Assembly (NCBI GenBank): GCA_021613535.1
Contig: CP075496.1
Span: 6,758,001-6,822,000 of the forward strand
Direction: 5' to 3'
Source of the DNA: Adineta vaga
Lineage: Eukaryota > Animalia > Rotifera
DNA: 64,000 nucleotides
Each line of letters starts with the position of its first letter. Positions within the stretch are counted from its first letter, which is position 1. Shown here piece by piece: positions 42,889-58,300 of the stretch. A program made the position numbers and the translations under genes. Below the pieces are notes generated by a model. That model saw only the letters and a program-made list of their open reading frames with translations, was not told the DNA's origin and made no database searches.

Positions 42889-43653
42889 GACACATTTTGC
42901 TTTTTACTTTACTCGTCTTTTCTTTTCCTTTCTTTGTTTTTCGTTTCGTTTTCTTTCGTGTATTTGTCATGTAAAATATAAAGAAGCAACACGTTATTTT
43001 TTACAAATTTAACTATTTCTCACATACCTGACGACAACCAATTTCAATAGACATCCGTTTCACATTAGAAATTTATAAAAAAAAAGATAAATGACTTTCG
43101 GAAATCATACCTTTCCATGGTACGAGATTCACCTGTTCTACATAAAAACATCATATATCACTTTTGCTTTTGTATTCATACGATCGAAATAAAACTTGAT
43201 CAACATTGAAAAAGGAAAACAACATGCGAATGATATATCAAAATATCTTAAACAATATCAGATGAGAAAAATTTTCATTGGATATTCTTCGTTAAACGAT
43301 TTTATTTCACACATATACATATTGCCTTTCGTTCGAATGAAGAAAACACAAAATCTTGATTATTTTTCTTGTGATTATTATTGTTTCTATTCACCTAGAT
43401 GTGAAGAAAGAACACGCGAAAAGAATGTTATGAAGCAATTGAAATAGTTTAGTTATTTACGCGCCTACATCAACAATATATATGTATATGTTCACTCGAA
43501 CAATTTAATGACTAATGTGTGACAATTAAAAGACGAAGAATGAACATTGAATTAGACATATTGATGACTACTACTAATACTATAGTTGAAGAAGAGAAAT
43601 TTTCATATGCAAAAGACTGTTTCTAAGGCATTTCAATTTTCTCTTCAAAGAAT

Positions 43654-45650
43654 ATGAGTTGTGGAGCGCGTAATCTTCTCAATTATGAGAATTTCATTCG
43701 ATTTTCAACAATAAAGTATGTCTTACTCATTTGAACCTCATCTTTTTCTATCCAATAAAATCTGTTAGGAATTTAAATATTAATGATACTAATAACAATG
43801 ATATAAAATTGAATTTAAAACTTCTCAATAAGCATTTAGAAGTGAAATCACTTGATGAAACACTTGTACATCGTCAAAATGAATACAAAATACGTCGTGA
43901 ACATTTACAAAAACGTCAAGATACATTACATGAAAAGGAAGTCATGTTTAAAGAGAGAATTCTCAGGTTGAATCGATTGCTTTTCTTTATTAACCATATC
44001 AAGAAAATCCGTTTTTTTTCTCGTTTAGTTATGAGATGTATATTAAAGTAAGAAGATAAGATGAGTTTTTTCATGAATTGTAATGGATTTAAAAATACAA
44101 AGGAATTAGCAATAAAACGTGATCGATCATTACGACGAGTTGAAGATGAAAAAACGTTTATTAAAACGAAACAAATCGAAATTGATTTATTGAATAAAGA
44201 AATCGAACAAATACGTGAAGAAAAACAAAACTTACAAGAAATTATTGTTCATTACCAACCTCATGCCAATCTTCTAACTCAAGTTAGAAAGAAAAGAGAT
44301 ACTTTTGCCTAATAAATCTTTTTCTTAGATTATCGATCGAACTGATCGATTTCATTCAATCGATGATATGATTGATAAATTCGATATGCTTCATGCGAGT
44401 TACCAAGTTAGATTGAAGCATTTTCATATTTCTTTTATATTCATTGATAAATCTAGGATATCTTGATGACAATTAGAAATTCTAATGAACAATTGAATGA
44501 TGTACAACGACAGTTATTATCAACTATTGAAGTAACATTTTTAAAAGATAATTTCAAAGAATTTGATAAGAATAAATAGAAAAAAAATAATAAAATATCG
44601 TTGATGAACAATCAAATTCATGATTTATATCAAAATCAGATAGATATTCAACAACGTATTGAAAAAATTCGAACAGAAATTGGAAATTATCAACAAATAT
44701 TCAAAGAACATTTGTCTGAACTTGGAGCAATAAAAATGTACGAGAATATCTGAATTTTATTCGTTTAAATGTCAATATTTTAGAGCAATTGAATCAATGT
44801 TTGATTTAGTAAAACGATACAGTCATCGAATTAGAAGAAAAGATCTCAATCTAATTGAATGTCCATTGATACAATTGAAACAAGTAGATTTTTTTTTGAT
44901 TGTATGACATTATTTAAAACAGTAATTATAGATTGATACATTTCTCGATGATTTGATTTATTATGTGGATTATGTGAATAATAAAGAAAAGAAATTGATA
45001 CAAAAACAACATTCAACTAATGGAGAGAATAGAAAACTTCAATTGGAAACTAGTGCCGATCATACGAAAAATAAAGCTGAAGATAATAATCTGTGGCGTG
45101 CTTCTTGTTGCGAAATCGATCAACGAGACATTTTAATTGAATCAAATGATGAAAATAAACAATCAACATATGTCTCTTATAGAGTAAGTTATTTTTAAGA
45201 TGTTTTTTATGAAAAACATTCACATTCACGATCTATGATAAGAAAAATTAAAGTATCCACCAAACATTAGATAGATTTGCATCAACTATAGAAAAAGAAG
45301 AAGCCTATCTATCTAATATAATAATGTAAAGATACACTTCAGAGAGCGTGTCTGAAGAATCACTATATTTTGCAATTAATTTCTTGTTTATATATCGATT
45401 TACGAAAAACGAATTTCATCCTTTTTTGACTTTAAAGATTCGAGGTGAAGATAATACAACATACACCATACAAATGAATACAACTCATGAAACAAATCCA
45501 ACACAAACACGTAATAGTTTAACACCAAACAGATCATCTCTATCAATGTCATCACGTAGTAATGAAACGAAAAGTAATTCATTTAAAGTATCAACAATTG
45601 ACAAGACAATCAAAAGTACACGAATAACTTTGAAATCTAAAAATCATTGA
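43654..45650 (+). CDS. Coiled-coil ciliary protein, CCDC42/CFAP73-like (DUF4200), multi-exon
   Basis: LKLLNKHLEV...EYKIRREHLQKRQDTL...YEMYIK/ELAIKRDRSLRRV...FHSIDDMIDKFDML and ELGAIK follow the recalled family pattern. The exons splice in frame; the 3' exons are less certain. Confidence 0.7.
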
Positions 45651-45798
45651 TCAAATGTTCATAGTGATTTAAAATAAATGATCTATCATCATTTTTCTTT
45701 TTATTCATAATTGAATACATAGAAGAGAAAGATTCACATGCCTATACAATATTTTTTTTACACAAAAATAAATCATTCCAATAGATTTTTTATTTTTT

Positions 45799-48700
45799 CT
45801 ATTTGAATAAGAATTTTAATTTGATTAAATATCGCATTCGTACTTGTTTTGTATCGTATACAATATATTCGTTGTAATTAAGTGTATAACCTTTGGAATT
45901 AATCACATTCGTTGATTCAACAGGACCCATTGGAATAACAACATCATCCTCTCTATTTCAGAAAAGAAATTCATGTTTGTCCTTATCCAAAAAAAACATC
46001 ACTAAACTTACAATGTCACCGCATTCTTCATATTAGGTGCTATAGAACCGAGACCTTTAACACTGGATAAACCTTCTGGTAATCTATGAGCATTATTATC
46101 AGCTTGAAGTAATTCATTACATTTACCAAGTGCAACCTAGTTTAAGTTTAGAATAGATATGAATGCAGGAAAAAATGAAATTTTTCTTACTTCAGAAAGA
46201 AGAACAAGACCAGTATTTTTACTTGGCGTTGGATAACAATAATTAGCACTTTTACTACTCATATCAGCAAAATATAAACCTTTACCAAACATATAACCAG
46301 TCTAAAATGATTAGAACATTTTAAATATATATCTATTGAATTCTTCTAATGAATTACTGTTAGGAAACTATCAATGAAACATAACGTAGTATCAACAAAT
46401 CAGATATAGACTTCGATCTCAAGTTATCCTAATCTATCGATTCAATTTTGTACGTAATAGCTCAGAATAAATATACTCCTTCAATTGAAAATAAAATTTT
46501 CATCTGTTTATAAATCTCATGGTAATTTCACTTACAACAGGTGCTTCTGGTGGCGCAATACGTAAACCTTGACTAATAATACTAGCAAAATTTGTCAAAC
46601 GAGAGCCATGCCTACAAGATCATCAATAGTAGAAAAATTAAATTTCAATTTTTCATCAAATCTTTCATACCAAAGTAGCATTTTATTGCCAACATCATCA
46701 AAAACTTGCTTTTCGTTATCTCTATCAACTTCAAATATATCTTCAATTTGCATTTTGTATTGTTGATGTGTCGATGCATGTGTTGATTGAAGATATTTAT
46801 CGATCAATTGATAAATATTAGTAGTTTTATCAATTGGTTGTAATTTACATTTAAGTTGTTCATAATGTTGATCAATAGGATTCAATCGAGTATTTGTATC
46901 TGTATTTAATGTAGTAAATGCAATTTCAATATCATCAAGTGCTTCAAGTAATTCAATTTCTTGTTTTAATTGTTGAATAGTTTTTATTAATGGAGGTGTA
47001 CTTCGACCAAATTCATGAGGAACTACGATGAAAAGAATAAATTTAACTATTTCATTATTGATGAATAAAATTTCGAAACAAACTTCGTGTATAATATGTA
47101 TTATTAGCTTCGATGAAAGCGGAATTGAATTTATTTGTTTTAATATAAGTTTCAATTACTTTAAGTGCAGAATAACCAGCCTTGATTTGTGTTGAACTTA
47201 ATTTACCTAAAACGAAGAAACAACAATGGTTTTCTCTCTCTCTCTAAGGAACAAGAAATGAAGGTGAACTATTTTACCAAGTGGATTTTTGCTTGCATCA
47301 AATTTCATTTCTAATAATGCTTCTTCCATCGCTCGTACGTTACAGATTAATTGAATCAAATTCTGTAAACGTTTATCAAGTTTTGATTCTGGTACAGGTA
47401 AACCTTTCAATTGTTCGAATGTTGCCAATTGTTTTTTATGATTTTCATCTTTCGATGTCTAAAAGAAGATGAAGAGTAAGAATTTCGAAATGAATTTTCA
47501 TTACTTACAGATGGATTATAATCAAGTTGAACATAATCATATTTACCAGGATATTTTGTAAATGAATCACGATAATAAAAATCATTTTTTGTTTTATCAC
47601 TGAATCTAAGCAAATAGATCAATAAGATTTCGAATTTCTATATACTAATACCAGAACAAGTCCAGTTCATACTTTTGACAAAAGAATCGTTTTGCATCAT
47701 CGAGATCACATCCGAAATGTTCTAAATTATTCTGTCCATTATATCCAACACGTCCCCTGAATCCAATAAACAAACAATCATATGAAATAAGTTCAAATAA
47801 ATGTTTTACCAACGTAACCAAACATAATATTTCTTACAATTATTTTCTTCTAACAATTGAATTAAATAAAATTTGTTATTATTATTTCCAACATTAGTCT
47901 AGAACAAATCTATTATTAATAAATTAAACCCATCTGTTAATAACTAACTTGATTGAGCATACAATCAAATATATCTCCATCTTCACAATAAACATGAGCT
48001 TTGCCCAACATTGATGTACATTCAGCATCAACAGGAACTTTTCCAATAACAGTTGTTACAGTTCGCACTATAATAGTTGAAATAAATATTTTCTTCGAGT
48101 TCAATTTGATTTTCTCTACTTACTAGTACTTTTCTCTATAGGCGCAGTAGATTTTGATACAGCACGTTTTTTCTTATTACTTTCTAAATTTTCATCGTTG
48201 CTCAATGATCGTTTGTTGGATATTGTCGAAACATTCAATGGTAATTTTGCCACTAGAAGAAAATTTTAATAATTATAGTCAATGAAAATGATTCAACAAA
48301 CTTGATTTAACATATCGAATTTTTCGACTAGTTTCCGTTTCTAAATTTTTTTCAATTAGTTGATCAAGATCAATTTCATATGATTGATTTCGATAAGTTA
48401 CAGGTAATACTGTCTGATTACTATTTACAGCATTAGCAATTTGAATCATTATTTCAGCATTATATGTCAACCATTTCTTGTTATCATTTTCGTATTCATA
48501 GACGAAAAAACCATTTTTATCTTGAAAATCAATACATAAACGTATACGACGCATAAATTTCGTTTTCTGATTGATTTGTATCATATCAGGTAATTTAATT
48601 ATCATATTTACTTCTTCAGTTTGATTAATAATTACCTAGAAAAATTGAAAAATAGCTCGTTGAATGTATGCAATTATTCTCATTTACTTCTTTATTTCCT

Positions 48701-48828
48701 TTTTCGAATGCTTGAGATATTTCTTGTTGAATATCAATTGAAAATTGTTGCCAAACACCTTTATCTCCTTCCCATTCCCATTGAATATTCAGATTAGAAA
48801 GTGAAATAGGTTTTTTATCCGAAGTCAT
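45799..48828 (-). CDS. Poly(ADP-ribose) polymerase, PARP1/2 class, with two N-terminal WWE domains, WGR, regulatory and catalytic domains
   Basis: [13 protein letters not shown] and [13 protein letters not shown] (WWE). [30 protein letters not shown] and LRW/GRVG (WGR). [50 protein letters not shown] and YNEYIVY give an intact H-Y-E triad. Confidence 0.96.
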
Positions 48829-49519
48829 TGATTTAAATTTAGATCAGATGTATATTGTTATTTATTTTGAATGATTCTAATAAATGTATTGGTCAAGAAC
48901 AATGTGCGTTGAATTCTGTTTCTGTAAAGAAAGAACAAACGTCACATAACAATGGTAAACGATATGAACTGTCGAAGTTTTAATTCATAGAATTTCGGTA
49001 TGTCTTTTCTCTGTTGAATTGTGAATATAAATTTAATCTAACATATTGAATTTCTTACCATAATTAATTAATATGTCTATCCTTGCACAATGACCATCTA
49101 TGAACGACATCTTTTGCATTTAAATTCGAAGAATTTTAATATGAAAATATAATATTCTTATTCACGGTCATTTTTTCTTGATTATTAAACACTGTTAAAA
49201 GAGATTACATATGATTACTGAGTATTTAAGTTACCTCTAGGAATCCAACACTTCAAATGGATTTGTTTCGAATTAATCATATTTTGTACGATTCTAGAAA
49301 CTGAAAGGAAATGATTGCAAATCAAAACTCAACTTCAAACTAAATTCTATCTTTCAATCACTATAGAACATATTTACTTAAGTCGACTTGTGAATGAATT
49401 ACTATATGAGATTTAATGTATTAACTAATAATTCAAAATATCAATAAACAATCCATTACAACAATCATTCCCGGATATCAAAAAACAAAAATTATTTATC
49501 ATTCTAGATATTTTCAATC

Positions 49520-52500
49520 ATGACACATATAACTTATGATCATTCTATCGAACCTCTCAATTCTTCTCGTCGAACATCTCGAAGTCAAAGTGCAGTAAGC
49601 AATGTAAAAAAAGTCACTTGTCATATCATTGATTTTCATTGATTTATAGATGCAAGCTCATCGCGATAATGTTCCAAGTAAACATGATGAATATTTAATT
49701 CAATTACAAGAACGAAATCGACTACTAAAAGCATATCAATCTCAACGACAACCAAAGGATAATAGTTTGAAAAAACGTGAAACTGGATTTCAATTATATC
49801 TCAATGGAGCACATAGTATGCCACAACGACGACCTACATCTATCACCAGTAAAATAATCATAAACAAAGATTTTCATTATTCTTTCTTATTTTGCAGGTG
49901 GACCATCCAATCGACCTGTAAATAATTCTCCTTATTTTTCCGATTTTTCTTTTCCAACTCCATCAAATACTATGCAACAAACAAATTCATTACCAACAAA
50001 TGGTCGTCGTCGATGGACAACATCAACAAAAACAAAGATTAAAACTGCAGATGGTTCTATTATAGCTGATATTGATCAAACGCCTCCTGTATCTAATAGT
50101 AATTCTCAACTACCCCAATCTAAATCTCTATTCAATAAAAAACAATTTCAACAAGTAACATCTGAACGTGCAGTCAAATCCGCTGGAACACCAAGTGAAG
50201 CATTACCAAAATCAGCATGGGGTAATCAAGTTATTGAATTAAATGCCAGTCAGATAAAAACTACTGGATTAAATAATCAAGTCACATTCGGTCAAATGAA
50301 ACCAGAAAATGTCGATCAAAGTTGGATGCCAAATTGGTTTGGTAAAACAAAAACTGACGAGGATGTACAAGGTAAATAATTTGAGATCTTATTTTCAATA
50401 GAAAAACAACAACAACAACAGTAATCGACATTTTATTTTTCTATGATAGAATATGCTTCTGATTTTGAAGAATCCCCTACATCTGATGAAGATGATGCTG
50501 ATGATAGTCATCAAATATTAAGTCGTGTTTGTAAGTTATTAAGAAAGTAATAATATAAGTATATATTGACTAATTCTTTGTAGCTTTATCTTTCGATGAT
50601 ATTCCATCTCTCGTTAAATTGGTAAGGTATAAATGATGATAAGAAAACGAAATATATATTTGGATTAATCTTTAGTCAATAGTGTCTGAGCAAAGCGATG
50701 ATGAGAAGAAGGAGAAGAAGAAGAAATCTAACGAAGAGAATTCTTATCTCTCGTCACTGGTTGGCAGGTAAGATATTGCAACGACAGACTGGACTCTTTT
50801 TCTTTCTACTAACGACAGCTATGTAGTTAAGAGAAAGGTAACTTGACGACATCTCAAAGAGGAAAAATGAGAAAGCGAGAATGAAAGAGAAAAAGAATAA
50901 AAAAAAGAGACAAGTATTCAAACAATCATATACTAGTGAATATTTATGCACATACTGTCGTTATTAAATGTCACTTGAAATTCTGTAACACGCGTGCCTT
51001 TAAAAACAATGAGCCGTCGAGATACACCAAAACATCCTATTGCAAGTCATTTTAATCTACCAAAAGCCGGAGGAAATCGATCAGGTAACCAAATAGTTTC
51101 TGTTTGAGAGAAACAATTATTTTTATTTAATTGATATATATATATATAGTTCTTTTTTGAGAAGTACATTCGTTGAATAAACAAAATGATTTTTTTATTT
51201 CACAAACTGATAAAAAAGAAAATTCTTTCTGTTTTTTTGAGTATTGAAGAAACTAACTTGAAATCTAAGTAATAAAGGTTAAAATTAGTTTTTCTTTTCT
51301 CCTCAATTACTTCTTTTGACGTGTCTAAGTTATTCAAATGTATTCTCATAATAAAACAGGATGTTTTTTAAAAAAAGAAACACCATTCTTTTCTTCGTTC
51401 TACATCATTTCCATCATAACATTATTTTGTATGTAATTACATTTTTTTTCAAATATTTAAATCTTATTCGATTTAGGAGCACGGATTGTCGGAGGCGATC
51501 TAACCAAGAACAATAGTAATCAACAATTATTCGTCAGTGGAACAAGACAAAGAGGAAGAGTAGTCGATAGTCTTGATTTAGAAAATTTCCTTCAACCCAA
51601 GTAAATCTGCAATAGATCTACACGTAGATCATCTCTATCAATCGCTCTTCTATTTAGAGAAGTACATATTGATTCCGAATTAGATGATGATAAATTATCA
51701 AAACAACAACAACAATCATCTAATAGATCGGAACCATTTCGAGGTGCTTGTTCCAATGGTAAGTAAATTCCATTTAATTCCTTCGATTTGTTTTCTATTC
51801 GATATACTAGATCGTAATACAAGACATGCTGATTGGCTTGAAAATTCTATGATACAAATTGATTTATTTAGTCGACGACATCGTGGAATGCTTGAAAGTA
51901 TGTATTCAAACAAAACTTCGCTTCTGTTTTTTTTAAAACAAAAAATGTTTTTTTTCTCATTAGATGAACGAATTGAAGATTATTTTTCTCAAAATCATTC
52001 GAAACATGAATATGAAAATGATGAAGATCAGTAAGATCAATTTATTCATTCGTTATTTTTATAAGAGAAATATAATTTTACTTATTAGTTTTACAATACC
52101 GGAATTACCTGGTGGTGAACAGTTAGTTTTCAATTTGAAAACAACATGGAGTGATCATCATTATATTGGTTTAAATGGTATTGAAATATTTTCTAGTGAA
52201 GGATATCCAGTTATGATTAAAAAAGTAGAAAAAAATTCTTTGAATCAAATAGAAGTGACATCGTTTGATCATAGATCACGGCAGATCCTGCAGATATTAA
52301 TGTTTTACCAGAATATGGTAGTGATCCACGTGTTGTAACAAATCTAGTTGATGGAGTAAATAAAACTCGCGATGATACTCACATGTGGCTTGCACCGTTT
52401 ACAAGTGGAAAAAATCATTTTATTTATATTACATTTGAACATCCAATTCAAATTGCTTTGATTAGAATATGGGTGAATATTTTGATCAATATTATAATCA

Positions 52501-55100
52501 TAAATCTTTGCTTTTTTCTTCTTCTGATTGTAGAATTATAATAAAAGTCGTATTCATTCGGCGCGTGGTGCTAAAGATATAGAAATTGCTCTTGATGGTC
52601 ATTTAATATTCAAAGGAGAAATTAGTCAAGCTTGTGGTAATATCGTTGCTACAAATGATCCATCTGCTTATGGAGAAGTTTGTATTGAATTTGAATTAAT
52701 TTCATTGAATAATATTAACATTTTATATAGACTATTCTCTTTACAACAGATGATGAAATTTTAGAAAAAATCTCTACCTATGATGAAATGTATGTTGATC
52801 AAGAAACTGTTCAAGAAGATGATGATAGTGCACGTAAAAATATCAATCGACCACCTACTGCGGGAACAGATGTAAACTATATATTTTTGTGCATTGATCC
52901 GTTTCGTTCACTGTTTCGCTTTGAAATAGGTTCGTCCAATGACACGTGCGATTTTGAGAAGACCTTTTACATCTTTTCGTCCGTCAGAAATAAATCAAAT
53001 TCCTGAATACTATGGAAAAAGTATGTCAATCTTTTCTTTTGAACATTTATAAATTGATGAAACAATTTTTTAGAATTAATTTTAACTATAACAGACACAT
53101 GGGGTGATCATAATTATTGTGGTCTAACGGGCATTGAAGTTGTTGATATAAATGATGCTGATTGTGTGATAAAATCTTATGATGCTCGTCCTCGAGATAT
53201 AACTGTTCTACCATCGAATGCTAACGATGTTCGAACACTTGATAAGTAAGACAAATTCTTCAAACTATCTTGAATCATTCAAAAATAATTCTAGATTATT
53301 CGATGGTGAAAATGTTACTTGTAGTGATCGTCATATGTGGTTATGTCCATTTAGTATTAAAGAAAGAGTTCGTATTATGATTACATTAAGTGTATCAAAA
53401 CGATTACATGGTTTACGTATTTGGAATTATAATAAATCACCAGATGATACATATCGAGGAGTAAGTTTTGTCTTTTTATGTTTCTAGGAAATCAACTTAT
53501 GATTTTTTTTTCAACCATTTAATATAGGTTAAACGACTTCATGTACAATTAAATGATAAAATTATCTCACCAAAACAAGGTTTTTTATTACGACGTGCAC
53601 CTGGACATTGTTTTTTTGATTTTGCACAAGAAATTGTATTTGCTCATGCAAAAACAATCGTTGAAGATGGACAAAAACAAATACAGAAAAAGTATAGAAA
53701 TAATTTCTTAAAATATCACAGAAAATTCAGTATAATTATTATTATAGACACCTATCGCATACGAATGATGAAACAGACTCAAATATATCAATGCCAAATG
53801 GATGTAAGTTTCCTCATATGAATGATATCTGTTCTATATAAAGAATTTAAAAATCGTTTTCATTCCGAACAAGTTACTCGTTACTTTTAACGGATGACAT
53901 CCGGTAGAAACTGAAAATAAGTCATGTCTCTACTCTTCACTCGCAGGAGATAGAATTCTCATAAGCATGAACAAAGTGAATTCATTATATTAGACTCGTT
54001 CAACTTTTCTTTGAAGAAAATACTATTTTTTGTGCGTCTTCTCATTAAGTATGTTTCTTATAAAAAAATGGATATGTTTTTCATTGAACGTTTCAAAGAA
54101 AAAAATACAACTTAATCAATTCTAGTTATTTATGAATTTCAACTTCATTCTACTCACGGTGATGCTTATTATATTGGGTTAAATGGTTTGGAATTTTACG
54201 ATGAACGTGGTGAATGTATCGGTTTAACTGAACAAAGTACGAAAATCTAAATCTAAATTGGAGAACAAAATGCATATATATATATATATACTCTTTTTAT
54301 TTATCATTAGATATTGCTGCTTATCCTCAAAGTGTAAATACTCTTAATCCAGGTAATGATGATGATATTCGTACACCTGATAAATTAATTGATGGTGAAA
54401 ACAATGAAATTGATGGAACACATTGTTGGATTGCACCAATTCTACCGAATATCGTATGTATATTTGTTCATAGAAAGAATTCAAATAGAACATGATTATT
54501 TGGTCTTTATGTTAAGATTAATCGAATCTTTGTTATTTTTGATCGACCAACATCGGTATCTATGATTAAAATATGGAATTATGCTAAAACATCTACTCGT
54601 GGTGTCCGTGAATTTTCTGTATGTATACAATTAGTTTAAAAAAATAACAATAGATATAATGATAATCTATTTAAATAGTTACTTGTTGATGATCTACTCG
54701 TTTGGACTGGTATATTAGATAAAATGAATGAAGATGATTATGAACATCATGAAAATCAAGTACCATTTAATACTATTCTATTTTCAAATGAAAGAATTCT
54801 TACTGAAGATGAAAAATATACCGTTTTGACGTAAGTTAAAAACAAATGAATTCGCATCATTTGAATACTAATACTGTTTTCTTTTAGAAATAAAAATGCA
54901 TCAGATAATCATTCTAATCAAGCAATACATAGAGATCAATCCGTTGATTATTGTAAGTATTTTCTAAAACTTAAATTGAAATTCTTCTCATCTGATAAGC
55001 GTTTATTTAAAATTGTCTTTTATAACAATTGAATTGTCTTGATTTGTTTTTAGCTAAACGGCCGACAACATCAGTTCCACGACCCAACAGAAAACCTTAA
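49520..55100 (+). CDS. KATNIP: Katanin-interacting protein KATNIP/KIAA0556 (DUF4457 repeats), many exons
   Basis: KHDEYLIQLQERNRLLK..GFQLYLNGA, three repeats of the TWxD.YIGLNGIE type with HMWLAPF and IRIW/NYNKS, and a C-terminal RPTTS. Confidence 0.93.
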
Positions 55101-55335
55101 TTCTTTTAGCATATACAATTCGTGATGTTTGTCCGTCAGATTAAATCATATTTGTTGTTTTTTTTCTTGCCATTCGCTTTTTTTTGAAAAAAAGAACAAA
55201 AAAAAACATCAGAAAAATTTCGAAATACTGTTCTCATTATTACATATACAGATAATAAGAAAACACACTGTCATACGAACTTCAGTTCACGGGGATAAAT
55301 CTGACTTGAAGAATGTTAATGATATATATGTATAT

Positions 55336-58300
55336 TTATTTATTCGATGCAGTGCCTATCGATGACAGATTCGAAGCTGATGTGGACATCATATAACCAC
55401 GTGGTCGGACTAAATATGTTGTCATATTACCTTTTCCTTTGACATAAATCGGGCCGCGACATTCACATGGATAACCATTTTCAAACAGAACTCGTTGAGT
55501 CTCTTCCGGAACCTACAAAATATATCTTTATTTTCAACTAAAGAATATATTCATATATTAACTTACATGTATACAACTAACTACGCCTGTTGTATCCATT
55601 CGTGAAGCAACATTTACTGTATTACCCCAAATATCGTATTGAGGTTTTTTCGCACCAACAATACCTAAGTAGACGTAGAAAATACCGACTAAGTTTGATT
55701 TTCAGATAGATGAAAATAAAATTTTACCAGCAACAAGTGGCCCATTACACATGCCAACTCGTAATTTGAAATCATTGAAACAATCTCGATTGATACCTTC
55801 AAGTGCTGCAATCATTGCAAAAGCAAACTCAGCCAATGCAACAATATTTTGATTATATCGTTCTCTTGTCTAAAAGAAATTTGATCAAGAAAAGAGAATT
55901 ACTAATACTCTTTTTTCATCATACCATTCGATGTTCAGCACCGGGATTGAGACCAGCTGCTGCCATGTATGTATTTCCGATAGTTTTAATTTTTTCTACA
56001 CCACTAAATTTATTCTTATCTAATAACTAAATAACCAAAACAATAGATCAATCTTTTTCATCATTTATATAACAAACTTTATCAAATTCTGCAATAATTT
56101 CATTGAGTAATCTCAAACATTCTAATCCATCATTATTTGCATCAGATTGAACATAAAATTCTTTAAAATTAGGTATTGATGCAAACATCACAACAACATT
56201 ATCATAACTTTCATGATAAAGACCCTATAAGACAAAATATTTTCGTAAAAATCTCCTAATACAATCACGTGTCTTTTGTTTTCTTCAAATAGAAATTAAC
56301 CTGGCTCATATTTTCTTTGATGATTATTTCTGCCACATGTTTTGGAAGAATATTTTCTAATAATAATCGACTTATTGTGCTCACTGTTTCCACTTCATGT
56401 TTTTCATTTTGAAATTTTACTGTCCATAACAGATCAAGTCGACTCATATATTCGATCTAAGAAGAAAAGAAATAACTCAAAAACATATCCAGCATACATT
56501 TCAAAACATTTACCCGTCGATCCAATGCAATTAATAGAAGAATAAAAAAAATCACTTCTAATGTTGTTTCTAACAATAATAAACTACTTGGTAGACCATA
56601 ATTGTCAGCAATAGTACTATAAATTTTCGTATAAGCCGAATAGAATACATAGATAGTAACTACAGTAATCATAATTAATGCTTTAAGAAGAAAATATAGA
56701 TGCATGAATGAGGAAACAGTTAATAAAGCCAGTTGAATTAGTAAAATATGAAATTCAAAATGAGGACATAATTCAAATAAGACAGGAGTATTCAAAGATG
56801 ATACAATACTAATACTATGAAGTGGTACAAGAACGGTCTAAAGAGAAACAAAAATATCAAATTGAAATTTACATTTACTTCGGAATTTTGAAACTTACTT
56901 GATTGATAAAATTTTGTGTAAATGATAGATTTGAGTTTGAAAGTAATAAATCATTCATTAATACAGATGTATTTTCAAATGATCCTGTTAAATCTACAGC
57001 TGGTGACCAATTGACAGCGAATGGTGTTAAAATACAGATTGTAATTAATATAAGACTAACAGGTAAACGAATGAAATAATAATGTGTTACTAAATAAGTT
57101 GATTGATCAAGTAATGAACGATGATTATCTCGTTGTAACTTAAAATAAACAAATGAAACTTTCGAAAAGCATTATTCTCATTTTTGCTTTTTTAAATAAT
57201 TTACTTTTGAAAGATCAAGAATACAAAGTGAACCAGCTATGCTAAAGGCACATAAACCGCTTATCATCAGAATGAGATACAAAGCATTTCTACAACAAGA
57301 AAATAATGAATATACTAAAGAGAGACAAACTTCAATGATTTTACCTTTCAAAAATTAATGCTTGTATAACAAGAATTGAAAAGAAAACACAAGCTGCATT
57401 TAGAACATAATATCGATAGCGTAATTCTGGTAATGAACGAAATAAACTTTCAGTTGCTTGTCGATTGCCTTCATCGTCTTCTTGAATTTTATTTTCTTTA
57501 TTTGTTTGAGGATTAAATTCTAATGTAAATGGTTCGAGATCATTTGAACTATGTCGACCACGACTGTAAGAAAATCAATGTACAATCTCTTTTTCTTGAA
57601 AAGAAAAACGACTTACGAGCAAATCAATGATGTAGCTAATGGTTTTAAATTATCTTCAAGAAGAACAAAACTTTTAGCTGCATCAGATTTATCACCATCA
57701 GCATGATGTTGAGGAGCAAATGGAGTTTCATTTGACCAAGTATCTAATAATTTTTGCATTTTTTTACTTGATTTACGAGTGTCACCACTATTGGTTAATA
57801 GAAAAGTTTATATAGAACGTATTCAAATTTATAAATTATTTTACTTCATCATTAATTGATTTTGACTATTTGGTAAGTCAGGAGGTATGATGAAATATGT
57901 TTTTATACCTAATTTTGCTATGTATGCATCACGTTCATGTCCATTACCTACTTCTACTTGATATTCATTACCCAAATTGAGTCTTGTACTTTCAGATATA
58001 TGTACACGACTAATTGAAAAGAGAGAAATTCAAATTTGACATAATTCTTTGTAGACGTTTCAGTGTAAAATTCATGTGCTTCGTATATATGCTATTATTA
58101 AATTTTAGAAGTAGTTGAACATGATTGATATATTATTATTAATTATTTTATGTTTGACAAGCATTTCTAAGAAATTTCTAAGTAAAACAAAGATCAAAGG
58201 AGTGAAAATCTGTAGAAAAACCTACTGACTATGGATCGTGAATCAAGAATCTAATCATAATTTCCCAAGAGAAGCTCGTCATTCAATCAGAAATGTATAT

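Noticed and set aside
50819-50837. Possible 19-nt KATNIP micro-exon
   Set aside because: Its phase-0 donor has no compatible nearby acceptor in my reconstruction.
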